This document shows positions 10,812 through 22,239 of a stretch of DNA of 64,000 nucleotides, piece after piece (within the stretch, counting starts at the first letter, position 1; every line of letters starts with the position of its first letter). The notes beneath the pieces are model-generated. The model saw only the letters and a program-made list of their open reading frames with translations, was not told where the DNA came from and made no database searches. This stretch comes from Marsupella aquatica (Eukaryota > Plantae > Marchantiophyta). The stretch is from the NCBI GenBank assembly GCA_973895155.1, contig OZ316896.1, positions 7,114,580 through 7,178,579 on the forward strand. The letters are read 5' to 3'. A program made the position numbers and the translations under genes.

Positions 10812-12861
10812 GAAAAAGACATCTTAGTAGCAGAAAATTCAGATTAGGATTCAAAATAGAGCTTGCAAGCGGGCTTGCAAGAGTGAATGAGCAGGAGTGT
10901 AGGCGTCTACTGGCATGAAACTCCAGCCAGCAGACTTCAACAAAGCTCCATATGCAGATAAACTAAGGAAGAATATTAAGGAGAGCTCGAACAGCAGAAG
11001 GCCTACGTACCAATGTAGCTGCAAACAATGGTTGCAGCTGGTCAGCTCTCTCTCCAGCCACTACTAAACAATGATGGAGTAGAGCTGGCAAGTCAAGCTG
11101 CAAAAGTAGCTCACGTTGTCTCCAACGCACTACCCCAATCTCTGCACCTGTTGTCTTGCTGCCCCAATCGTGCTCCTGGACAGCAGCACCGTAGTCGTTA
11201 CATCTCCAGCTCCCAATTGCAGTAAGAAAAATGTTGAGAAAGGGCAGACACACTATACAGACATGATCTTTAAAGTAGGCTATCAATCACAATAGAACTA
11301 AACGTTCACAACTTTTGGGGCAACTCATTCTCTCACCAGTAACAAATGAAGGTCGAGGTTGAGATGAGGTGAAGCGTTGGCTTGCCTCCACATGAAGGCG
11401 CCAAAGGAGCTCAACAATGGAGTTGACAATGTCTTCCTCACAGCTTAGCTGGCAAAGCAATATACAGCTCAATTAGCAATTCCTCCACATGCTAGGTTTG
11501 TCAATGGGAAAGCAATAACTCAACTGACAGGCAAACTACTCAAAACATGCTGCTGAGAAGGAGCACTTTTTGAATCTCAAACTATGTAATAGTGCCATGA
11601 TCGTACTCCTACGTGGAGCAAGGAGGGCTGGCCCGAAAGGGAGAAGCAACAACGTGGAGTCTATTCTCAAAATCAATAGAACTGGATGAAATTCAGACAG
11701 GAGTTCAAAACTTGCCAATTGAATCCCAGTCTGGACTTGTACAAGAAAGACCAAATTAATCCAGAGGACATGTAATTCATTCCAATTCGAAAACCAGCTT
11801 CCCCAGTAGGCCAAATCCACTTACATGACTTCCTGCAGCTACAACTTATTCCCCACTTGAAACCACTCTTTTGCAAATGGACTCATTGCCATTGAAGACA
11901 GAACACCTTTGGCGGGACACCAGATTGGATCTGGCTACCACATTGGATCTGGCTACCACATTGGACATGAGGGATGATCGGTAGCAGCAAGAATTGTGAT
12001 TCATGGGTGATGAATGTTGTGAGCCATAGCACATGATCCTGGCACAATCTTGATCACACCCCTCTCGATCCCATCAGGTTATGAGTAGTCCTAAGATTTT
12101 GCGCTTGTCACGGAACACTGGAACACACTCAAAACAGGTTTTGCACGGACGGCTCCCTGTGCATGGAGAATCAGGCAGGCAAGCGTGGTGTGCTTAGAGC
12201 CTTAGACAAAATCTCTGGATTAGAATCTGAATCCGAACGCGAGTCTACACTTTCCATTGCTGGTCATAGCGATGGGCAATCAGGATGATGCCATGCCAAG
12301 TAGAAGAACGAGAAAGCATTCTATAAAAGGCACTGAGGTTGGTGGTATAGTAAAAGTGGTAGTACTTCCAGGAGCGCGACCAACTCGATCGCTATGTGAC
12401 AGTCCAGAAAAGCACAAAGGCTGAAGGGCGATAGATTCCGTGCTCAATGAGACAGGTTTTTTCAAATGATCAAGCCAAGGTGCAAAGGAAAACTGATTGA
12501 AGGTGACATGGGAAAGTTGTCGGTTCAAGTGCAGGAGAAACTCTTGCCTTAGAGTGCTTGACACTCCTTGAGCTGGATAGGGGCAGCTCCAACTACACGG
12601 TCTGGTGCAATCGCCGCCTGCTCTGTTACAAAAATTATGGCTGGAAGTGGAAGGCCAAAGTTGCACTTGTGAACTCGCTCCCGCGTCCAGCCCTCAGTCC
12701 CCACCTTGTGGTAGCAGCAAGCTTACCTCCGAGAAGAAAGCCATAGCAAAGGGTTTAGCAGAAATCCCTGAGAAAATCCCCACTCTGAAGTCCATTGCTT
12801 ATGGTCACAAATGATGACAGCGGAACATTCGGGCACCCAACAGCTGAACTGACCTCAATCA

Positions 12862-13176
12862 CACTTGCTTGGGGCAACAAAAAAATGTTCTGATCGCCCT
12901 TTCAGCTCAACGATCCCCCTTGCACAACTATTGGGTTAGATTTCCCACCACAAATGCAATGAAGTCTATGCCCGACACACTCCAGCGGTACATGAGAGCA
13001 AGACTGGGAGCTATATATACTTTGTATGCAGAGAAAGATTCTACCAATGCAGCACAATGACATAGAAGAGAGAACAGATTACTTGCTCGGGGCAGCAAAA
13101 AAATGTTCTGATTGCCCTTTCAGCTCAACAATCCCCCTTGTACAACTACTAGGTTAGATTTCCCACCGCAAATGCA
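12862..13176 (+). repeat. Direct repeat pair of about 96 bp
   Basis: ACTTGCT(T/C)GGGGCA..GATTTCCCACC(A/G)CAAATGCA at 12862 and 13081. Confidence 0.7.
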
Positions 13177-13631
13177 CAAGTGCTATGTTCGGGTTGATCA
13201 CTCTTTAGCGATGGCGGTAAAAGGCAAGGGGTTTGTTTCAATCGTCACAGGACAGCGCTAGACCAACACAGGGACAAAGCATTAACATTGAAGCTGTACC
13301 ATGGAGCTGGAGAAAAACACAGAGTAATTCCCGGAGTAATTGAAGCCTAACAATACCCTTCTCAGCTCCCGACTCTAAACTCTCAGCTCCCAGTTTGCAA
13401 GAGCAAGCACTATGAAAATATGGATTCTCACACTGTGCAAAGCAAGGAACTTGTGTGGAAAGATTCCGCAGCTACCGCAGCTAATCCAAGTCCAGAACTG
13501 AAAAGCCTAGCCACTAATCAATCAACCAAACACCAATTGCCTACAGCAGCAGCCCAACTTACATGAAGTCCGCAAGCACTTACATGAAGTCAATCACGTT
13601 GATCAGCCTATTGATCCACGTGATTGCTGAG

Positions 13632-13943
13632 GATCTTTATTTGGAATTGGATAGAGATGATCCCTGTCCAATTCCTAATAAAGATCGTCAGTATCCTCTG
13701 ATCGAACAAAGATGATCTTTATTAGGAATTGGACAGGGATCATCTCTATCCAAGTAGAGGATAGAGATCATCCCTATCCAAGTAGAGGATAGAGATGATC
13801 CCTGTCCAATTCCTAATAAAGATTGTCAGTATCCTTTTATCAAACAAAGATTATCTTTGTTAGGAATTGGACAGATATCATCCCTATCCAAGTAGAGGAT
13901 AGAGATCATCCCTGTCCAATTGGATAGGGATCATCTCTGTCCA
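13632..13943. repeat. Array of seven palindromes of about 25 bp, (TT)GGAYAGRGATSATCYCTRTCCAA, upstream of the ParB-MTase gene
   Basis: Copies start near 13647, 13729, 13759, 13787, 13867, 13897 and 13920. The first sits in a longer hairpin (GATCTTTATTTGGAA...TTCCTAATAAAGATC). Confidence 0.88.
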
Positions 13944-14002
13944 AACTGTGAGAGAACCTCATCTTTGTCGATTACAAATTAAGATTTTCCAAACTAATAT
14001 GC

Positions 14003-17000
14003 ATGGATGGGACTATTGCAGGGAGCGAACTACATGGATTGAAACCAGCAATTTCAGAATCATATTGCTCCGAGGGAGTCTTGTTGGAGCAGAGCAAACC
14101 AGATTTTTGTTGGGGCCTTGAGTTCTCTAGAGTTGATTTTGATTTCCTTAGCACGTCAGAGAGACGGGATCCCATTTTGTGCATAAAGGTCAGAACAGAA
14201 GATCAAGAGACTCTTGTACTCGGACCTGTAGTCTTCATTGGAATTGAAGGAAGAGGGTTTGTTTCCGTCATTCTTGAGCTCCATGAAAGGATACGATGGG
14301 TTAAGCTACATCTACCATCAAAGGCATATTCTTCAGAGTTCAATGTTGAGTGGTCTGCTGCTGGAGAACTTGGCATGATGGCAATGGGTTTTTTCCCTAA
14401 GTCGTATTCAACTCAAAAGGTGATTGTTGGAGTGAAGGGGATTCTTCCACTTGACATCATGTATGGGTTTCAATATGTGAAGCTGAATATCCATAAACAC
14501 CAAGGGAATTATACATTTCCGGTGACATGGATTTTAAATAATTTGCTCGACAAGGCAGGATTCTTATCTTCGGAATCAAGTGTTTGCCTTGACAAGCAAA
14601 TTGCATTTGCAGAGGAGTTTGCGATGGATAATGCAAAAAAGTGGGTAGAATCATTACCCCAAGCCTACAAATGTTGCACCAGTAGCGGTGAACGAGCTTC
14701 CAATAGTTTTTAACAACGAAGTTCCCAAAGAAGTTCCCAAACCTAGAAAAAGATCTCAGGAGACAACAACAGGGACTGCAGGAACAACGGCTGGGACAAG
14801 CACCAAACAAGTGGTAGGGAAGCGAAGACTAAGAGAGAGGAAGGGTCGTGAGAAAATTGAGACATTGCCGAAGGAACCCGAGAAGAAGCCTACTCGAAGA
14901 AACAGAAAACTGACAAGTCTCTTTTGCGATCAACCCCTACGGACGTACAGGTGCTCCCAGAAGATGAGGGAGACAAACTTGATGCCCCTGAGGAGAAGAA
15001 GGTCTTAGAAGGAAATGATGTTCTCCAGAGAATAGAGCAGTTCTATACTTTTGGGATAAATGAACTATTTTCTATTCCAGTGGAGAAAATTGTGCCTGCA
15101 CCTGCAAGATTGTGTTACAGGATGCTCAGTAGTACCCATGTGAAGCACATAGCCGAATCCATGGTCAAAAACCCTGGACATGAACCTCACGTCGCGGACC
15201 TGCTTCCTTATAGTCTGAAGCTTAGAAAGTTGCTCCATTTTGACAACACAAAGAACGACCGCAAAGACTTTCTTGCAGGAGTTAAGAAAGCCGAGATTGG
15301 TTTCTTTGCCATCAGTGGGCAACATTCGGCTAGGGCGGCCAAGTGGGTTCTTGAATGGGCCAAAACTGATGCCAAGCTCACAATGTTGGCAAAAAAGTTA
15401 AAATACAGGAAGTCTAGATTATTGTCAGACCTTACACCATTGGCTATATTGGTTGAGCACTCAATGAGATCAAATGCCATCAATTTGACAATGGTGTTTC
15501 AATCGTGCCCATGCTTGGGATTTTCCTGAACATGAATGGCCAACACACCCAACCAAGCTAAGAGCAAAACTTGAGCAAAAGGCTTTGCACAAACTTTGGC
15601 ATGAACCTAGCCCACGGCAGCAATACTACATGAGAGATGTGAACCCCATGAAGAAATATCGAGAACAAGAATACTTATCTAGCACTATCTCAGTACAACT
15701 TAGACAACTTATTGCTCAGTATAGACTAAGCTCACACCACCTTGAAGTAGAACAAGGGAGATGGAAGGATATTGACAGGAAAAATAGGGTTTGTCAACTA
15801 TGTGATAGCTCTAGTATAGAGAATGAATATCATGTATTCATTGCTTGCAAGTTTTATGAGGGGGTTAGGATGGCATCTCAAATCTTGGTGAAAGATTTGT
15901 ATGCATTGTTTGGTCTGCCCCCTCAGCAACTTGGAAGATATATCTTTGCGGTGGATAGGGAAAGGAGAATAGGTTTGGAAAATCTTTCAGGCCTCTCTAG
16001 GTCCATAGTTTCTTTGAGGACATAGTTGTCCTCTTCTGAGCAATCTCTTTTGGTTGCTCTTTTCTTTGATTGCATTGTACTTTACTTTTTGTGGCAGCTC
16101 CTTTGACTTTCATGGTCCCGGAGCTTATAATACATTACCATTACCATTACCAAAGATACAATTGTTCATGCAAGGAAACAATTCCTTGAATGCAGAGGAC
16201 CAAGAAAGCCAAAGCACGGGGACAACAAGTCAAATGCCTAAGAGAATCAAAAATTTCAGGTGAGAAACATTTTTCTTGTTTGGACAGAGATGGTCTCTGT
16301 CCAAGAGTGTGACCTTCCGTTACATTGATTTTAGTTCAATATATTTCTGGTTATGACTTGGATGGAGATGGTCTCTATCCAACAAGCAAGTGATAGTTTG
16401 TTGTCAAATCTCATTGATTGTAGATAACTTATTTTCCCCTAATTTTGACTGTAGGATTATTTGGCATTGGCAAGGATGACCATGGGGAGAAAAGACTTGA
16501 AAAATGTATATTGGTTGCTCTTTGCTGAGAATGATCTTTTCGAGCTCTGGCAATTAGTGTGCCAGATGTGGATTGGTGGACATCTTCCTGATGGAGCTGG
16601 TACACAGGGAAACAAAAGGTCCGAAAAGGGTATAACGGTCGCAATGTTTTGTTGTTTTGATGGTGAAATCTCAAGTAGAGATTTGACCAGAATTTTGAAC
16701 AAGGTGAAGTCAGGTCAGGTTTTATTGAAGAAGGATCCGACAAATAAGTCAGATGTTCTAGCAATGGAGGACTTTGCAAAGGAGGTGAAGATATTGATCA
16801 AACTGAAGTCTCTTATTGGAGATTACTACTTCAAGAAGGATCCGAAAAACTTCCCAGCAGATAGTGATTGGGTTAAAATAATTGAGGTCCTCCCATTGTT
16901 AGGTGCCGAGTCGGAGTTGAACAGGTGCCGAAGAGCAGCTGGTGAAGTATGGTTGACAAATTTATTGAAGTCTAATCATACAAAGGAGAGTGAGATATTG

Positions 17001-18827
17001 CCAATGACATTGGTGATGCGTCTAGATGATATTTACTGTCAGAAGTTTGGCGGTGGGACAAGTTCTTGGACCCAACCGTGGGTCACATTTTTTAGTAACA
17101 ACCTAATGAAGACAGTGGATCCGGAGTCGTTGGAAGAACAATCTCCAACATGGCCTCTTGCAATTGTTGATTTAAGCCGACTTCAACAGAAGGAGTGGAC
17201 CAAAGTAGAGATTTTGGTACTCTTCCAATACATAGTAGAGCTATCACGGAATCCCACCATTGTTGTGATGATAACTGTCCATCCAGGTTACCTTGTACTG
17301 AATGTCCTAAGCGCTCTTCGTAAATTAGGACATTCAAAAACTCTCACTATTCACATTGAATATGGGAGTTATTATCGAGATGATCAACCTCACCCTCATG
17401 ACTCATGTTGGAAGGGAGGAATAGAAGAAGTTATCTTTGCGAGAATTTCTCGCGAAGAGAACGTCAGCTGGGATGAAGTGTTCAAGCCCAACCAGATGAA
17501 GCCAAAATGGGTGTATGGTGAAAAGGATACTGATTTCGTGGTTGAGAAGGTCAAGGGAAAGGGAAAGGCAAAGGACGCGGACAAGGAGTCATTACATGTA
17601 GATCTAAGAAATATGATGACCCCAGAAGAGGCGGCAATACTTCTGCACATGGCACCTCGATTTGAGACGGTCAGTGCTCGGGGTGGGTGGGTGAATCCTC
17701 ACGCCAAACCCACACGGATGATCCAAAAGATCATCCAAACACTGTCCGAGCCGGGGGATTTGATTCTTGACTTTTTCTCTGGCGGTCAAGTGATGAAGGC
17801 ATCCCTTTTTTCTCAACGTGAATGTTTTGTTTATTGTGACTCTCAACATGAGAGACATTTTGTGGAAGCATAAGCTTCGTTCCTTTGTGAGAAGGTTCCC
17901 ACCATCAAAGATCGTTATGATTGCTATGTCGGTGGAAGTTCTAGACATTGGGAACCCTCTTCTGCCGCTGTTGCTATTGACGATGAATCAGATGGTGATC
18001 AAGAAGATGGAGCTGACCAATCAGTCAAAGACGATGGGCCATTGGAGGGGGCATACGTGAAGAATTTGGATGACCGAGTTGGCGAGGGTGAAAATATTGA
18101 CCTTGTGGAAGACGATATGATTGTTGGATCTGCACCTTGCAGTTCACCAATTACAGATGTTGCCCCCATGGGCCCCAACGAGGGCCAGTATGATGATAAC
18201 TTGGATAGAGATGGTCTCCATCCACAATTGCCTGGACAAGAGATGGAAGTTGATACGTTTGAAAAACTGTCTTCAAACAACCTTCTCAATCAAGGTGCGG
18301 AGAGGCATGGTGAGTCCAATGAACTCGACACATTGGGATTGAGACCACAACCCATCCAAATAGCTGACATTCCCGTGAATGAAGCAAGTGCATCCATGAC
18401 TGCTGACAACCAGGCAGGTGCTTCAATTTGTCCCGATACACTCTTTTCCACTTCTGATGACAAATTGGTGTTTGTTCGATCACAATCAAGAAGTCCCGTT
18501 ATCCTTCCACTCTCAAAAAAGAAAGGGAAGAGAGTAGGATCAACTGGATATAAGTCACTTGAATATGATTGTCGATGTTACGTGTGGAAAAGTGGACCCG
18601 ATGTAGGAACTGAAGTTGCTTTGGATGCTGTTCAATCAATTTTGAACAATGACTCGTACAAAAAGCACAAGAAAGATCCAACTTATAGAAGTGGAGAATT
18701 GGGATTGATAACTCCGGTTTGGTCTGCACCTTATTGGATAGAGGAGAGTACCTCCGATGTCAATTATGAGATCCAACAAGAGCTTGGTGATGATATCTTG
18801 ATTGATGAATATGGATCTCATTGTTAG
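14003..18827 (+). pseudogene. Large gene: unknown N-terminus + basic linker + ParB/Srx (DGQHR-like) domain + helical region + beta-class N6A/N4C DNA methyltransferase-like fold + acidic tail
   Basis: ParB-like segment FSIPVEKIVPAP..HVKHIAESMVKNPG..FAISGQHSARAA (15068-15340). MTase motif X-I NPHAKPTRMIQKIIQTLSEPGDLILDFFSGG (17694-17786). Phase-0 GT-AG intron at 16260-16454. ORFs 16461-17873 and 18042-18827 are in the same frame across one TAA. Two frameshifts, an in-frame TAA near 16240 and a LINE insertion disrupt this copy. Confidence 0.72.
15507..16152 (+). mobile_element. 5'-truncated copy of the same LINE inserted in the ParB-MTase gene
   Basis: Near-identical to about 10160-10805 (the ORF differs only at KKRI/KNRV and ERVRMT/EGVRMA) and ends in the TTACCA tail. 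Confidence 0.93.
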
Positions 18828-18973
18828 CCAAGATCTAGATTGAGCCATGTGACCTTATCAATTTGATATAATATAGTCTGTATAATTATACTTCAAGTTT
18901 AACAATTAGAGCATCAGTATCAATATCCATCTCCTCTTTACGGTTTCTCAATGAATACGGTCAGTATGCAGGA

Positions 18974-20087
18974 TTGACAGAGATGATCTCTATCCAAACT
19001 TCAAATGTGGTTTTTTCTCCAAGATTGGTATTTGTTGCACTTGCGGAACCAAGACCTTGTTCCATCAAGCGCAAATTGCTGATTTTGGATCTTAACAAAA
19101 TACTTTGGGATTTAGTTGAATTCCAAAGCAAGGGAAAATCCAGAAATGTTGTGACCCCAAGTGGAGTGCATTGGGATAGAAAAAATGGAATTAGTTGCAT
19201 GTATACAGAAAGGCCAGGGCTCCATGAGTTTCTAAAGTTGGTTTTTGACCGATTTGACGTTGCAATTTGGACATGTGCTGGGGTACAACAAACAGTGAAA
19301 ATGCTGAACATGATGTTCACTATTGAGGAGAGATTGAAACTTAAGTTTGTATTCACACAGGTGGAAGCCTTTGACACAGGCATTCAAAGGTGTGACATTA
19401 CAAATGGAAAGGCAAATCTGCTAGTGAAGGATTTTTGGGTGGTATGGAGTGGATTTGGAAATCTATATGATGAAACCAACACCCTCCTTGTGGATGACTC
19501 CCCCCTTAAGGCATTTGCCAACCCAAGCATGACCGGACTATTTCCAGTGCCCTACACGCATGCCAATCGTGGAGATAATTTTCTTCTTACAATTCTTTGG
19601 CCTTGTCTTGAGAAACTATCGATCACATGCAAGTGACATTAGATGTTATCTTCTTCTTAACTCTCCACTGTGGTCTCTATTGCACATAAAGAGAGACAAG
19701 GTAAAAAATGAAATTACTTATGATCAACTTAGTAAGAGATGCGCAACAAAAATTTGGAAGTCACAGTTTACGCATAGTGTGTTGGACCTCAATAGCAATG
19801 AGATTCCTTGGAACGTGAAGCATTGTATATGTAGTTTACGTCCTGAGGCAGAACTTGACGATGCACTTGTCACCTCACTTGCTAAAGCATTTGTAGGACG
19901 GGACTATTCAGGTCCGTATAGAGAAAATCCCAGACACTTTTTGCGGGAGATTATAGCCATTAGGAACAACACCACCAAGTTTCAGCTCCCTGAAGATAAA
20001 GGGACTTGCAACCGTGACACTAGGGTAGATAGTAAAGGAGACAGGGGCACGTGCTCAAATACACATTGTAAGGAGCACTTTGTTTAG
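18974..20087 (+). pseudogene. FCP1/SCP (NIF) family HAD phosphatase-like gene with C-terminal extension, frameshift near 19625
   Basis: KLLILDLNKIL, RPGLHEFL, FDVAIWT, LVKDF and NTLLVDDSPLKAFANP are the NIF-domain motifs. The true start is uncertain. Confidence 0.8.
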
Positions 20088-21599
20088 AGATCTGACTCAT
20101 GTTAAGCCCCTTAGATAGAATAAATACATTTTAAATTTGGAGATAATTGTATTAATATTATTTTATAATCTATATGGAGTTATGTCATTTTGTTCACACA
20201 TATTCAAGGGCTTCTTTGTGCTGAAATGTTTTTATAAGTATGATCTCTATCCTACTATTCTTTGTGAATTAATAAATAATGATCTCTATTCTATTATTCT
20301 TTGTGAATCAATAAATGATATAATATGTATTATTTATTAATATAATACTAATATGATTTGGCCTATAAAGTGTACATTTAGAGACCAAAAAGTGTACATT
20401 TGGGGACATGAAAGTGTACATTTCAAGATTGATTTGTGAACAAAAGAAAATACACTTTTAATGAATAGGCTGATGTTGGGACACTCGACCTCCGTATAGC
20501 AATGCAAACAACCCACATAGTGAGCACACATGCGGACTCTACAAATCCTATGAGTTCTATTGTAATTCCTTGTTGGAAACATGTATCACAGTGTCTATAC
20601 AATCAGTCATAGGTCTTAGCCGCAATGAAAAGGCTTAGCCGTAGTCACAAGTCTTACCTGCAATGGATCACAGGTCCACAAACAAGCTCCAATCTGCTCC
20701 CTTCAGCTATGGTAGTTGAAACAATATCAATTGTTGCTCCTGCACGAGTAGCCTGCAGAACAGATGCAATCGCGTTAGGAGGTACAATGAATACTGCCAT
20801 AGTTAAAGTCCTCCGTGCTTTTGGAAGTTTTGGGATGGAAAAGAGTGGTTCCAAATGCAAGTGCTTTGATCACTAGCCAGAAAAATCTATCCGCGAGCTG
20901 TCACCGCCGTTCCACAAAAACCATTCGCTTCCGCAGCCAACAATGGTAGGCACTCAACTTGATGACCTATCGACAACTGAAGGACATCCCGACAATCCTC
21001 ACGGCCTCCCGATGCTCGGTATGGGTGCAGCAAAAGGGAAAAGACCACAACTGTCACCAAGACTGTCATCCGTCACCTTCAAGAAACCCCAACCTCCGAC
21101 TCCTCAAACTCCAACTAGCTCCTCACGAAGGTTTCAACAGCCACGCCCTTCTTCGCCCTACCAGCCAAAACCTAAATGTCCTTAAACAGATCGAGCAGGA
21201 GCTTCACAATGTAGACTGCAAGCCCAAGGAGCATCACCGCAACTGCCTGAACTCTGCTCCTCGAGAGAAAAAAGAAGCACATTACGCGCGGGAAGGGAAG
21301 TGGGCAACACAAAAAAGGAAAACCCTACGTAAAACCCCAAACCTTGGACCCCTCACGTTCTAAGTTGATGGCAAACACTCCAAAGTCACTCCCAAAGTGA
21401 AGTTTAGTGCCACTTAAATACCAAATTTGGGGACTTAAGTCATAAAGGGGAGCCACTCAGCCTTACCGTTTGAGTGAGCCGTTGAGTGTCACCCAAAGTG
21501 GGACAAAGCTACAAAGTGTCACTGCATGGCCATCTTGGGTATGTAACTACAGATTTTGGATGGTGGGGATGGACTCCATCCAATGGTGCTTTAGTGAAG

Positions 21600-21880
21600 C
21601 ATAAGCCCCTCACCCCCTGAAGTTGTAACCGGCCCCCACCCCCCCCCCCCCGCCCTTGATATTTAAACCCCCCTAAACCCCTTTTAGTGACCCCCCCCCA
21701 CACCCTTGACATATAACCAGCACACACTTGAGATATAAACCCCCTTTACTGACCCCCACCCCCTTGAGACCTAACCGGCCCACCCTTGACATATAAACCC
21801 TCATAAACCCCCTTTAGTGGTGACCCCCCACACCATAGATCTGCCCACCCATAGATCCTAAACCCCCCTAAACCCACTAT
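21600..21880 (+). repeat. C-rich subterminal repeats (CCCTTGAYATATAAACCCC..TTTAGTGACCCCCC)
   Basis: Several imperfect copies a few hundred bp inside the CACTA-type end. Confidence 0.55.
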
Positions 21881-22221
21881 GGAGTATATGAGACATTAGG
21901 GCATCTCATCGTGTACTGAGTTTGTAAGTGTTCAATATAGCGGGATGTTGGTAAAGAGGTCGCCAAATGAGTAGTGCAACCCCCCTATATGCCCATTATC
22001 AAATTAAAGCCCACAACACAATGCAAGTACAACCATCATGTGCTAGAGTGTGCACAATAGGTCACAAAGTAGGGTGGAAACTTTTCCTAGTCTTATCCTA
22101 AACCAAAAAGCACTCGCAGTCGTTTGTAGTGTTCATGTGAACCGGTGCAATGGTTCCGAGTCATTTAAAGTTGCAAAAAAGGACTTAGTGGCCTTAGTCC
22201 TATAAGGTTTGGTCTAAAATG

Positions 22222-22239
22222 CCCCGGTTTCTACTAGTG
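22222..22239 (-). mobile_element. CACTA (En/Spm) terminal inverted repeat, right end of a large element
   Basis: The reverse complement reads CACTAGTAGAAACCGGGG. Copia RT starts abruptly at the next base (TAT TTACAAGGCA). No matching left end is seen in the window. Confidence 0.65.

Noticed and set aside
11920-11966. 21-bp tandem duplication
   Set aside because: Simple local duplication with no further signal.
13632-13943. Palindrome array as a CRISPR array
   Set aside because: The spacers are very short or themselves repeated, orientation is mixed, and the context is eukaryotic.
14003-18827. Bacterial or phage contamination explaining the ParB-MTase gene
   Set aside because: The gene has a GT-AG intron and a LINE insertion and is embedded among plant transposons.
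20337-21363. Short ORFs on both strands after the phosphatase gene
   Set aside because: No recognisable motif; may be a decayed minus-strand gene but cannot be supported.
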